Shown piece after piece: positions 30,349 to 39,717 of a stretch of DNA of 64,000 nt. A program made the position numbers and the translations under genes. Numbering within the stretch: position 1 is the first letter of the stretch; every line of letters begins with the position of its first letter. This DNA comes from Planctomycetales bacterium (lineage in GTDB: Bacteria > 4484-113), in contig JBBIRS010000005.1 of assembly GCA_037441675.1 (NCBI GenBank), forward strand, positions 75,648 through 139,647. Reading direction: 5' to 3'. The notes beneath the pieces are model-generated. The model was not told the DNA's origin, made no database searches, and was given only the letters and a program-made list of their open reading frames with translations.

Positions 30349-31263
30349 CTAACTTCTTTGCTGATAAAACTGTAATAAAACTTCCCTAGCGATACTTCTT
30401 CCTGTTGCTTGGGAAATCCCAATAAGTCCTGGGCTAGCATTTACTTCCAAAATGTAAGTTCGCTCCTTTGTTTTTAGCATATCGACGCCACATAACCCCA
30501 AGCCGAATAGGCGAGAGACCTTTTCCGCCAATTTCACCTCTTCCTTCTGCGGAATATAAGGTGTAGGTTTAGCGCCCAGATGAACATTACCGCGATACTC
30601 TCCTTTCTGAACTCGTTTCTCCATCGCCGCTAAAACCTTGCCCTTTACCACTAAGAACCGTAAATCTTTTTTACCACGCTCGCCAATGAACTTTTCAAGA
30701 TAAACGTCATAACCGAGCCTGTTAAAAGCGTTAATTAGGGCTGAAGCGCTCGTGGAGTCAGTTGTTTTCATAACCCCAAGCCCTTGACTTCCCCGAATGA
30801 ATTTCACAAGAATGGGGTTTCCACCCATTTCCGCAATTTCCCTCTTGAGGCTTAATGGTTCTCGGATGAAAGAGAAAGGCAAAACATTTATCTTCGCCTG
30901 AAGCATTTCTAAAAGTGCGTTCAACTTGTTTCTAACTCTAACTAATGAGGAGTATGAATTTACAAGGGTAAATCCGGCAACTTCCATCGCCAGGACTATG
31001 CTCATGGTGAATTCGTCACTGATTGAGCCAACCCTTGGGATAACCAATGCGGGTGGAGAGAGGGCAGTTCTCCCAGTAAGTTCATCCTCTAGGTAAAATC
31101 TCAGTTGATTGTCTTTGATTGTTTTGGGTTTATTTCCGTGAATAATACTAACAGCTTCAGAGTTCAGTGCAAGGGCGGGGATTGACAATTCTTCCGCACC
31201 TTTTAGGAGCGCCTTGACGGAGGGAAGATCTGGGTCAGAGGTAAGTATGAATAGAGGCTTCAC
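30349..31263 (-). CDS. RimK family ATP-grasp alpha-L-glutamate ligase
   Basis: VIPR.G, RNKL, GSQG.GV, DLR..VV, RGN.HLG and LEVNASPG. Confidence 0.88.
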   Translation of the reverse strand: MKPLFILTSDPDLPSVKALLKGAEELSIPALALNSEAVSIIHGNKPKTIKDNQLRFYLEDELTGRTALSPPALVIPRVGSISDEFTMSIVLAMEVAGFTLVNSYSSLVRVRNKLNALLEMLQAKINVLPFSFIREPLSLKREIAEMGGNPILVKFIRGSQGLGVMKTTDSTSASALINAFNRLGYDVYLEKFIGERGKKDLRFLVVKGKVLAAMEKRVQKGEYRGNVHLGAKPTPYIPQKEEVKLAEKVSRLFGLGLCGVDMLKTKERTYILEVNASPGLIGISQATGRSIAREVLLQFYQQRS

Positions 31264-31343
31264 GTGTTAAATAACAATCTATCTTTAGGTTTGACAATTG
31301 CTAGATAGGTAATAAGCCTTTTCTAAACTTATCTAGCCTTTGG

Positions 31344-31661
31344 TTATGATGTCTTTTCTTTCTCTCCTTGTTCCTCTAAAAGTTTCTCCTTTGTGCTCTT
31401 TACAACAGTTTGCACCGCGCTCTTTACCCGCTCAAATGTTTCTCCCACCTTCTCTTTACCAACCTCAAACCCTTCCTTCATTTTCTCCTTTGCCAAGCCG
31501 AGATATTCTCCCCCCTTCTCTTTCAGTTCACTTCTTAGCTCTTTTCCAGATTTAGGGGCAAATAACAAGCCAAGAATAGTACCAGTTATTGCGCCAAGCG
31601 CGAAGCCGGCAACAAGTAGCCCAATACTTCTTCCTGTTTCTTCTTCATGCTTTTCATCCAT
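31344..31661 (-). CDS. YtxH domain protein
   Basis: G...GAI.G...GLLFAPKSGKELR signature; strong SD AGGAGG. Confidence 0.9.
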   Translation of the reverse strand: MDEKHEEETGRSIGLLVAGFALGAITGTILGLLFAPKSGKELRSELKEKGGEYLGLAKEKMKEGFEVGKEKVGETFERVKSAVQTVVKSTKEKLLEEQGEKEKTS

Positions 31662-31799
31662 TGAATTTTCTTCCTCCTTTTTTTATCCAGTACGATTATA
31701 GCATAGGGCAGGTTAGAAAGTGCGTACTGTTTGTGAGTTGAAGGATTAGGTTTAACGTTTGGTAGAGATAACTATTATGGTTAAGTTGCTGATTTTTCA

Positions 31800-32240
31800 T
31801 TATCTTTGTTTTCGCCCATCTAAACCATCAGACGGGGTAGGTTTCGTTAATTCTCTCCAGCCTAGCGAAATTCCATAAGCTAGTGCGGAAAGGAAATTTT
31901 TCACATTCGAGCTTTTATCAAGGATGGACTTAGTGCCTTCGCCAATAAAATCTCCAACCGCTCTTCCAACAACGCGAGGTGCGGATGTGTAAGCTGAAAT
32001 ACTTGACAGTATTTGTTTAGCTTCATCAAGGGTTTCCCTGGCTTCTGTCAGCAACCCACTAACTCTCTTTGGTATGTTTTCATCCCGTGCTATGCTGGAT
32101 AGATAACTGAGATTCTCCACTGTCTTGGAAAAGTTCTGATGGACGCTTCTTAGAGCATTCACCAAGAGAAACGCAACTACGCAGATTCCTGCTAAGGCTA
32201 AAGTTTGAATAATAAGCAAAAAGAGCATCGCAATTTCCAT
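31800..32240 (-). CDS. Hypothetical membrane-anchored protein (possibly YtxG/DUF948-like)
   Basis: N-terminal TM segment plus a helical region, upstream of ytxH; ATG 32240 follows AGGAG. Confidence 0.6.
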   Translation of the reverse strand: MEIAMLFLLIIQTLALAGICVVAFLLVNALRSVHQNFSKTVENLSYLSSIARDENIPKRVSGLLTEARETLDEAKQILSSISAYTSAPRVVGRAVGDFIGEGTKSILDKSSNVKNFLSALAYGISLGWRELTKPTPSDGLDGRKQR

Positions 32241-32355
32241 AACTCCTAGCATTATACACCGCTTTTTTAATATGCTAAAATATTGGGGTTAGCTTTGGTT
32301 GCAAGCTATGAAGTTGCATTAAACGAATAAACCTGCGATTATTTCGGGAAACAGT

Positions 32356-33009
32356 ATGAAGCTTTTAATTGGCAGTGACTTGCATAATAGCGCAAAGGGG
32401 TTGCACTGGTTCTTGAAGTTAGCGGAGCAGGAGAATCCTGATGTTGTGATTTTCTTAGGTGATTTTATAACCTTTGAACCAGTAAGCTTCGCTAGGCAAG
32501 CGATAAGGGATTTTTCAGGCTTAGCTGAAAATGTGCTGATTATTCCCGGTAACTGTGATCAACGGGATATACTTTTGGACATAGACAAAGATAATCACGT
32601 AACTAACCTTCACAACACAAGCGTGGTTATCTCAGGGCACAAGTTTACCGGCAAGGGAGGCTCAGTGACGTGCCCAAGCCCAACGCCGTTTGAGGATTCT
32701 GATGAGCATTTTGCAGACTCGCTTGTCCCTTTAATAGAAGGAACTGAAGTTCTTGTACTGCATCAACCAATTTACGGATTTAGAGATAGGGTGTCTGGAG
32801 AAAAGCACGTTGGTAGTTTGAGTTTGCGGAACTTGATTGATATTCATTCTCCAAGATTAGTCCTCTCAGGACACATTCATGAGGCAAAGGGGTTGGATGT
32901 ATACAAAGGAACTCACTTTGTGAATCCAGGACCTCTACTTGAACTCAATTCCGCTATTATTGAGACAGCAAGTAGCATCAAGGTAAGTTTTCTAAAGGGC
33001 GAGATGTGA
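32356..33009 (+). CDS. Calcineurin-like metallophosphoesterase
   Basis: SDLH, GD, PGNCD, H.P and SGHIHE...NPG. Confidence 0.9.
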   Translation: MKLLIGSDLHNSAKGLHWFLKLAEQENPDVVIFLGDFITFEPVSFARQAIRDFSGLAENVLIIPGNCDQRDILLDIDKDNHVTNLHNTSVVISGHKFTGKGGSVTCPSPTPFEDSDEHFADSLVPLIEGTEVLVLHQPIYGFRDRVSGEKHVGSLSLRNLIDIHSPRLVLSGHIHEAKGLDVYKGTHFVNPGPLLELNSAIIETASSIKVSFLKGEM

Positions 33010-33416
33010 AAGAGGAATCTCCTTCTCCTGAAAGTCCACTCTCAGATATCTTAAAAGATTACTGGTCAAAGCTACCCCACACAGTAAAGGAGGAGGTGGA
33101 AAAGCTAAGAATTCTAAGCAGGATTTACTATCAATTTCCAGAAAGTCTCCAAAGGCACTGTGTGCCAGCCTATCTTTATGAGGCAATATCAATCAAGAAT
33201 GAAGGAAGTCAATCAAGGAGGGTTCTAGTCGTATACGCAGATACTTCAACAGCTATGATGGCATTCAAGGTATTGGCAAACACGCTTATTAGGAATTTAA
33301 GAGAAACCGAGAGAATTGAGATTGATGATGTTAAACTGCTCCTGCGCCCCAGAAGCGAGATTGAAATTGTCTGCAACACTTTGCTCTCTAGGGAGGAGTG
33401 TAACGATGAGGGCTGA
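33006..33416 (+). CDS. Hypothetical protein, weakly DciA/DUF721-like
   Basis: GTGA overlap with the upstream stop codon; the segment VLVVYADTS...LIRNL.....IDDVKL resembles the DUF721 pattern. Confidence 0.55.
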   Translation: MKEESPSPESPLSDILKDYWSKLPHTVKEEVEKLRILSRIYYQFPESLQRHCVPAYLYEAISIKNEGSQSRRVLVVYADTSTAMMAFKVLANTLIRNLRETERIEIDDVKLLLRPRSEIEIVCNTLLSREECNDEG

Positions 33417-33507
33417 TGGATGCTTCAGGGCTAATTTGGATTAAGTTAACTCACGATACACAAGGGATAATCAAGGACGGATCCGAAAAATATATATAAT
33501 ATATATT

Positions 33508-33547
33508 ATGAGAATATGTCGCATTCATATATGAGATATATTCTCAT
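33508..33547. promoter_or_regulatory. AT-rich inverted repeat upstream of mntH (possible operator)
   Basis: ATGAGAATAT / ATATTCTCAT form perfect 10-bp arms that extend inward imperfectly around a 6-nt centre. Confidence 0.45.
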
Positions 33548-33627
33548 TATCTTTATGTTTCGTTATAATAATCAACTGAACTATTCTAGAAAACCTCAAT
33601 AATTTTTAATCGGAATACTAAATAGCC

Positions 33628-35511
33628 ATGAGCAAAGTATTTGAGCGTGCAGAAGATGTTTCTCTCTCGGAGGTTTATGAGACGGTGCGAGTGCCCCTAT
33701 TTGGGCACTGGTGGAAAAGGCTATTCTCTTTTCTAGGGCCTGCCTATCTCGTTTCTGTTGGTTATATGGACCCTGGCAACTGGGCAACGGATTTGGAGGG
33801 CGGTGCACGGTTTGGCTACAAGCTTATCTGGATTCTCTTGATGAGCAATCTAATGGCGATACTTCTTCAAACGCTTTCCGCGCGTATGGGAATTTTCACC
33901 CGTCGTGATTTGGCTCAAGCTTGCCGTGAGTATTACCCTCCCATTGTCGCTTATCCGCTTTGGATTTTTGCGGAGCTTGCCATTGTAGCTACAGATTTAG
34001 CAGAGGTTTTGGGAACTGCCATTGGCTTGAACCTTCTTTTTGGGATTCCACTCCTATGGGGAATTGTTATAACCGCGGGCGATACGTTGCTTCTACTTCT
34101 TATTCAGCGCTGGGGCATTAGGAAAATGGAGGCTTTTATTCTTAGTTTGGTCAGTACCATTGGTGCGTGTTATGTGATTGAGATTTTCCTTTCCAAGCCT
34201 GACTTTTCCGAGCTATTCAAGGGATTTGTCCCATCGATAGACAGCCAAAGTCTTTATGTTGCTTTAGGAATGCTTGGTGCAACGGTAATGCCACACAACC
34301 TTTATCTTCATTCTGCATTGGTTCAAAGCAGAGCGGTTGAACGAGACGAGAAAAGTTTGAAAATGGCAGCTCGTTTTAATTTGGCAGACACAATCATTGC
34401 CCTCAACGCTGCTTTTTTCGTAAATGCGGCGATTTTGACCCTATCTTCTGCGGTGTTTCATTCAGCGGGAGTAGAGGTAACAGAACTTCAGCAAGCTTAT
34501 GAGCTTCTCACTCCCCTTCTGGGAACTACTTTGGCTTCCACTTCGTTTGCGATTGCACTTCTAGCGGCAGGGCAGTCCTCAACTCTCACAGGCACTTTGG
34601 CGGGGCAGATAGTTATGGAAGGTTTCATCAGGTTCAAGATGCAGCCATGGGCAAGAAGACTTCTCTCTCGCTCCCTTGCTATTATTCCTGCGGTGATAGT
34701 CATTGGCACTACCGGAAGCGAGGGAACCTATCGCCTCCTGATACTCTCGCAGGTTGTACTATCGCTTCAACTGCCTTTTGCCATCGTGCCACTTATCCAG
34801 TTTACGAGCGATAAAGATCGTATGGGCAAGTATGCAAATCCTCTATGGATTAAGCTTATTGCATGGATGGTGGCTGGAACCATCATTGCCCTTAATGGTT
34901 GGCTGGCATGGCAGGTTGTTTCTGAATGGAGAAGGGCTGGTCATTGGGTGGACTTTGTCGCATTCCCAATTCTTTCCGCTTTGATGTTACTATTATCTTA
35001 TATGGCATTCCGTCCGTGGTTCAGAAAGCTCTTTGAGAGTAGAGTTGTCAAATCTCCAGTTGCGACTCTCCCTAAAGATTTTTCATCGCACAGCTACAAG
35101 AAAGTGGGAGTTGCGTTGGAGGTTAAGGACACCGACTTAAAGATTCTGGAGCACGCTTTGCCGTTTGCAGCGGAATGCGATGCGGAAATTGTGCTTATCC
35201 ACGTGGTTGAGAGCGCCACTGCCCAAGTGTATAATAGGACAGCGGAGGACAAGGAAAGACTGGAGGATGAAGCATACTTGAATGAGCTTGCGGAAAAGCT
35301 GAGAGAGAAAGGGTTTAAGGCGAGGGTAAGGATTGGCTTTGGAAATGCAGCAAAAAGTGTCGTGGAGATTTCAAAGGACGAGAAGCTTGACCTTCTCGTT
35401 CTAGGAAGTCACGGGCACAAGGCGCTTGCTGATTGGATTTTCGGCTCAACCGTGGCGATTGTTCAGCACTACATCGGCAGTATCCCCATACTTGTGGTCA
35501 AAGGAACCTAG
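33628..35511 (+). CDS. mntH: Nramp divalent metal transporter fused to a C-terminal universal stress protein domain
   Basis: GYMDPGNW, GATVMPHNLYLHS and AGQIVMEGF; C-terminal IHVVE...LVLGSHGH...FGST. Confidence 0.93.
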   Translation: MSKVFERAEDVSLSEVYETVRVPLFGHWWKRLFSFLGPAYLVSVGYMDPGNWATDLEGGARFGYKLIWILLMSNLMAILLQTLSARMGIFTRRDLAQACREYYPPIVAYPLWIFAELAIVATDLAEVLGTAIGLNLLFGIPLLWGIVITAGDTLLLLLIQRWGIRKMEAFILSLVSTIGACYVIEIFLSKPDFSELFKGFVPSIDSQSLYVALGMLGATVMPHNLYLHSALVQSRAVERDEKSLKMAARFNLADTIIALNAAFFVNAAILTLSSAVFHSAGVEVTELQQAYELLTPLLGTTLASTSFAIALLAAGQSSTLTGTLAGQIVMEGFIRFKMQPWARRLLSRSLAIIPAVIVIGTTGSEGTYRLLILSQVVLSLQLPFAIVPLIQFTSDKDRMGKYANPLWIKLIAWMVAGTIIALNGWLAWQVVSEWRRAGHWVDFVAFPILSALMLLLSYMAFRPWFRKLFESRVVKSPVATLPKDFSSHSYKKVGVALEVKDTDLKILEHALPFAAECDAEIVLIHVVESATAQVYNRTAEDKERLEDEAYLNELAEKLREKGFKARVRIGFGNAAKSVVEISKDEKLDLLVLGSHGHKALADWIFGSTVAIVQHYIGSIPILVVKGT

Positions 35512-35555
35512 TGCGATTTAGTTTCGCGCGGTAGTACTATTTTACTGCGAAAGCT

Positions 35556-35584
35556 GGAGGGGCTCAGTTTACTAAAGCCCCTCC
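35556..35584. terminator. GC-rich hairpin between convergent genes
   Basis: GGAGGGGCT / AGCCCCTCC 9-bp stem; no strong U-tract. Confidence 0.5.
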
Positions 35585-35615
35585 CGAGAAAGATGGATAT
35601 AAAGAGTATCTTTGG

Positions 35616-35881
35616 CTAGATTGGTGTTCCGATGCCTTCGGCGCGGAGTGCCGCTTCATCAATGCCACCGCCTGCGCAACAGCCTGCGATTTTGCCATTT
35701 ATCACAATTGCGGGCAGGAGATTTATGCCAAAGCTCTTTGTGCGCTTCGCCACATCCTTCTGAGTTGTGTTATGAATCGTTACCTCGCAAGAGGGACGGA
35801 TAGGCTTTGAACGAGCTTGACTGCATCTTCGCAGATGGGGCATCCCGCAGTGAAAACTTCAACCTTTCTCTTAGCGCTCAA
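35616..35881 (-). pseudogene. Frameshifted small thioredoxin/glutaredoxin-like protein (CPIC, CPSC, CC)
   Basis: SD AGGAGGTG then TTG: MSAKRKVEVFTAGCPICEDAVKLVQSLS; restoring one base near 35797 gives CPSCEVTIH...LPAIVINGKIAGCCAGGGID. Confidence 0.8.
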
Positions 35882-35943
35882 GTTATTTCACCTCCTTTTT
35901 CTGGGTCAGATATGTTTCTAAGCGCTTAGAATACATTTTTTTG

Positions 35944-36390
35944 TTAGGTGCGATAAATAGGCGAGATAGTCCTAGCAACATTTTTTCCTCCTTCCATCGC
36001 ATCAAGGATTGGGCATTCCGAAGCTGGAATTCTCCCGCCTGCGCATTCGCGAGAAAGCTTAGTCAGGACGTTCTTGATTCTACGAAGGTCTTTAATCTTT
36101 GCCTCTACGGTGGATATCTTCTCGTCAACGCGAGCTTTCAGCTCTGCGCAGGTTGTATGAGGCGAGGAACGCAAATCTAAAAGCTCCTGAATTTCCTTGA
36201 GTGTAAATCCTAAATTCTGGGCGAGTTTTATAAAACGAATGCGCGTAACCACCTCAGAGGGATACTCTCGGTAATTGGAATTTTCGCTTCTTTGGGGTTC
36301 CGCAGTAAGTTCTCGCCTTTCATAAAAAAGCACTGTTTCAAAGTTTACGCCTGCACTTTTTGCAACTTCTCCTATGAAAATTTTAGCCAT
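35944..36390 (-). CDS. MerR family heavy-metal responsive regulator (Hg(II)-type three-Cys pattern)
   Basis: IGEVAK.AGV..ET..FYER, YR.Y and RFIK.AQ.LGFTL.EI; Cys residues in TTCAE, RECAG and ECPI. Confidence 0.9.
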   Translation of the reverse strand: MAKIFIGEVAKSAGVNFETVLFYERRELTAEPQRSENSNYREYPSEVVTRIRFIKLAQNLGFTLKEIQELLDLRSSPHTTCAELKARVDEKISTVEAKIKDLRRIKNVLTKLSRECAGGRIPASECPILDAMEGGKNVARTISPIYRT

Positions 36391-36409
36391 ACTTTTTTCA
36401 CCTTTGTAT

Positions 36410-36441
36410 AGGGTAAAGCCTGTACCTTAGTCTAGAGTCAA
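36410..36441 (-). promoter_or_regulatory. MerR-type promoter/operator with an elongated spacer
   Basis: -35 TTGACT, 20-nt spacer holding the imperfect dyad CTAGAC-TAAG-GTACAG, -10 TACCCT; directly upstream of merR. Confidence 0.7.
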
Positions 36442-36543
36442 TACTTTTTTTTATAAATTTCCTAAAAATTTTTTGATGAGGGCATAACGAACCGAAGCCA
36501 ATTTTTAGGTAGTAGATAGTAAAGATTCTGTTACGAGGGAAAG

Positions 36544-37176
36544 TTGGATATGAATCTAAAGGATGAATTGGATAAAGCAATAAGAAACTGGCAATTACTT
36601 AGCCACCCCTTTTACCAATCGTGGAGCAATGGGACTCTACCAATATCAACCTTAAGAACGTATGAACGGGAGTACGGCGCTTTCATTGAGGAGCTTCCAC
36701 TAGCGTGGGAGTGTCTTGATGATTTCAAAACAGCTGAAGAGGAAAGAGAACATTTTCTTCTATGGGAAGATTTTGCTCATAGCCTAGGGACGCACGCGGG
36801 ATGCGCAATGATACCTGAGGTTGAGGAGCTTATAGAACAAGCAAGAGAATTATATTCAGATAGAGTTACCGCCATTGGTGGGCTTTACGCCTTTGAGGTT
36901 CAACAGCCTCTCACCGCGCAAAGCAAGCTTGAGGGCTTACAAAAACATTATCATATAAGCAAAGCTGGAGAGAAGTATTTTTTAATACATGCTTCAAATG
37001 AGGAAGAGGTAACAAAGATTATAAATCTCGCGGAATTTCTAAAACAGATAGAAGCGAAGAGGTGTGTTCGTGCTGCGTAAAGGATGGCGGAGGCACTTTG
37101 GAAGTCATTAACTGGAATCCTCAATTCTGAGATGGCAAGCCCTAGCCTTAATTTTGGCTTGTTCTGGAAGAAATGA
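36544..37176 (+). pseudogene. PqqC/TenA/CADD-like heme-oxygenase-fold protein with a premature TAA at 37078-37080
   Basis: LLSHPFYQSWS.GTL, EE.EH..LW.DFA, LYAFE.Q and YF..H motifs; the frame continues RMAEALWKSLTGI after the stop. Confidence 0.7.
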
Positions 37177-37320
37177 ATGAGGTTTCACCTTTCTGATTGA
37201 GGTTACTTTTTTTTGTAGCTTTGTCCAGCCTTTTTCTATCCACAAATTTACAGATGCACTTCAGGTTTAACTCGGTCGGGAAAGGTTTTTGAGCAAGCAA
37301 AAAGTGAGCAGAACAAAAGA

Positions 37321-37521
37321 CTAACCACCTCCAACAAGGGTGACAATTTCTATCACGTCACCTTCTTTGAGTTTTTCCGTATCATAGTTCCTCTTCTTTA
37401 CGATATTTAAGTTCCTTTCCACGACACATAGCTTCGGATTGATGCCTAGCCCTGAAAGGAGCTCCGAGACTGTTATTTCATTCGCGAATTCTCTCACTGT
37501 TCCATTAACTTTTAGTTTCAT
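37321..37521 (-). CDS. thiS: Sulfur carrier protein ThiS
   Basis: 66 aa; VNG, VE.N..IV, L.EGD.IEIV and C-terminal GGG. Confidence 0.93.
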   Translation of the reverse strand: MKLKVNGTVREFANEITVSELLSGLGINPKLCVVERNLNIVKKRNYDTEKLKEGDVIEIVTLVGGG

Positions 37522-38629
37522 CTCTTTTCAACCAATAATCTTTTACCATCCGCAAAAATTTTCTACTTTCGCTTGGTTCCGCCATTGCTGATATAACAGC
37601 AATACCGCTTGCCCCAGCCTTTAACACTTTATCAAAGTTTCCTTCGTTAATCCCGCCAATTGCTATCACTGGTGTGTTAACTGCTTTAACAATTCTCCTC
37701 AGTTGAGATAAACCTATAACTTTTGAATGAGGCTTAGTCTTGGATTGATAAACGCTTCCAACACCCAAATAATCCACGCCAGAGTTAACTTCTCTCAATG
37801 CTCCATCCACGTTTCTGACGGTTTTGCCGATAATTAATTCGCAGGCAATTTTTCTTGCATCCTTCGTGGAAATGTCTTCGTCACCCAAATGCACTCCATC
37901 AGCATTTCCAATAAGCGCAACATCTACTCTGTCATTTACAATCACAATTGAAGCTGGCAATTTATCTTTTAGCTCGCGGGTAAACTCAACTATTCTTTTA
38001 TCGGATAATCCTTTCAACCTAACTTGAACGAGCCTTCCTCCCATTCTGTAAAAAGCCAACGCTAACTCTAATGGCGTCCGCTTTAACGTATTTTCTTCGC
38101 TAATCACTAGACATATTGGCAAATGCTCTAACGCTCGCTCTAAGTTTTTTCTCCTCCTTTCACTTTCTCTATTCTCAAAATTTTCTTTTATATAGCTTTC
38201 CTCTATTTCATAGAGATTAAAGCGAACCTTCCGATATGCCTCTGATTCATTTTGCAGACCTAGAATTTTCAGATACTCTTCAAGATTTCTTCCTGCTTCC
38301 TGAGCACGCTTGAAATTCGCGGAGATAATTTCTCCAGTTTTTGGCTTGCGCATTTTGCTGGTTTCTGATTGTGAAATTTTATACTTTACGAAGCGGTCAC
38401 TAGGCTTTCCTGCGTCATGGGATAAATCCCTTGCAAGGGATATTTTTGGTGAAAGCTTTTTTCGCAGTTTTTTCTCAAGGTTGCCGGAATGATGGGTCAG
38501 CATTCTCACTTTCTTAAAGAGCATTTGAAAGGACTGTGTATATCTGAAGTAATCCTGAATCACCCTAAGCCCTTCACGGAGGCGGTTCAAATTTGCGTCG
38601 ATAATTTGCAGAACCTTTAGTTCATTCAC
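37505..38629 (-). CDS. thiE: Thiamine-phosphate synthase with an N-terminal helical (ThiD2-type) extension
   Basis: IIDANLNRLREGLRV and ANFKRAQEA.R.LEE N-terminal domain; QVR.K, NDRVD, GVHLG and AIGGI. Confidence 0.9.
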   Translation of the reverse strand: MNELKVLQIIDANLNRLREGLRVIQDYFRYTQSFQMLFKKVRMLTHHSGNLEKKLRKKLSPKISLARDLSHDAGKPSDRFVKYKISQSETSKMRKPKTGEIISANFKRAQEAGRNLEEYLKILGLQNESEAYRKVRFNLYEIEESYIKENFENRESERRRKNLERALEHLPICLVISEENTLKRTPLELALAFYRMGGRLVQVRLKGLSDKRIVEFTRELKDKLPASIVIVNDRVDVALIGNADGVHLGDEDISTKDARKIACELIIGKTVRNVDGALREVNSGVDYLGVGSVYQSKTKPHSKVIGLSQLRRIVKAVNTPVIAIGGINEGNFDKVLKAGASGIAVISAMAEPSESRKFLRMVKDYWLKRDETKS

Positions 38630-38661
38630 AGGCTAATTCTAGCATTCACGGCGAGAAGCTT

Positions 38662-39582
38662 CTAGTGAAGCTCCGCAAGCCAGATATTTCTGGAAAGAGT
38701 GGCTTGAAGATTAAAGATTTCTGTACCTTTGATTATTTGGCATCCTGCGAGGCTTGCACTTTCAAGTAACCGAGTCATCTCTGGATTGTACACTAAGTCC
38801 AAAACCGCTCGGAACATCTTGAAGAAGTTCGGGTGATCAATTATAACTTCGGTAGAATTTGGGAATAGCCCAACCGGAGTGGCGTTAACAAGTAGGTCAA
38901 ACTTTTTGGTATCATCTTCTTCCAGCCTTTCATTTAGCCCTCCCGCGTGCCACATTTCACAAAGCTTCTCGTCAATGTTGAACCCCAAATCATTCTTGCC
39001 TGGAGAGAAAATCTCTTTGTCACGCGCCCATGTAAAGAATTTATGCAAATAATTTAGCGGAGTGAAAACCACGATAACCCCTAGATTCTTAGCCAAATCC
39101 GCAATTTTAGTTTGCCTTTTACTTGAGCGGTAAGCCACCACGAAACGGCTCGCGCCAAGTTTGTTAAGCGCAAAAATGGCAGACCTGCTCGCCCCACCCG
39201 TTCCTATTATGAAACAAGTCTCAATTGACTTTACGCCGTTTGCTTCTAGGGCATCAATAATGGCTGGGACGTCCGTGTTGTCTCCAACTAGACTTTGATC
39301 GTTCCGTTTTGTGACTGTATTTACTGCGGACACTATACGGGAGGTTGCCGAAAAATAATTCAGGTGAGCTAATATCTCTTCTTTGTAGGGGATGGTTACG
39401 TTCGCTCCCAGAAAATCGGGGCGGTTCATTATTTCTTCAACTTTTGCGTGAAACTCTTCCGGCGCTAAGTCGCATGCTTCATAGATTACTGGGACACCTA
39501 GCTGTTGAAAGGCTTCGTTATGAACTTGTGGGGAGAGGGTATGGGATAGTGGATGACCGAAAAGGTAAACTTTTTTAACCAC
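38662..39582 (-). CDS. aroE: Shikimate dehydrogenase
   Basis: G.P..H.LSP..HN, GANVTIPYK, AVNT, G.NTD, GTGGA, NATP.G and DLVYNP. Confidence 0.92.
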   Translation of the reverse strand: MVKKVYLFGHPLSHTLSPQVHNEAFQQLGVPVIYEACDLAPEEFHAKVEEIMNRPDFLGANVTIPYKEEILAHLNYFSATSRIVSAVNTVTKRNDQSLVGDNTDVPAIIDALEANGVKSIETCFIIGTGGASRSAIFALNKLGASRFVVAYRSSKRQTKIADLAKNLGVIVVFTPLNYLHKFFTWARDKEIFSPGKNDLGFNIDEKLCEMWHAGGLNERLEEDDTKKFDLLVNATPVGLFPNSTEVIIDHPNFFKMFRAVLDLVYNPEMTRLLESASLAGCQIIKGTEIFNLQATLSRNIWLAELH

Positions 39583-39717
39583 TAGAACCGTAATTATGCT
39601 TAAATTTGCGCTCCAAGTAAAGCGTTCGCGTTTTTAGGTGAAGATTTGAAACAGAAATTGACTATAGCACAATTCAAGTGATGAAGATTACGTTCGCATA
39701 TTAGTTATAATCAACTA

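Noticed and set aside
33420..33627. yybP-ykoY or M-box riboswitch upstream of mntH
   Set aside because: The region is too AT-rich and lacks the conserved motifs; the leader after the likely -10 is short
35790..35805. Programmed ribosomal frameshift in the thioredoxin-like gene
   Set aside because: There is no slippery heptamer at the shift point; a single-base deletion or sequencing error is simpler
36398..36580. 60-aa minus-strand ORF upstream of merR
   Set aside because: It overlaps the MerR promoter and the start of the divergent gene and has no recognisable protein features
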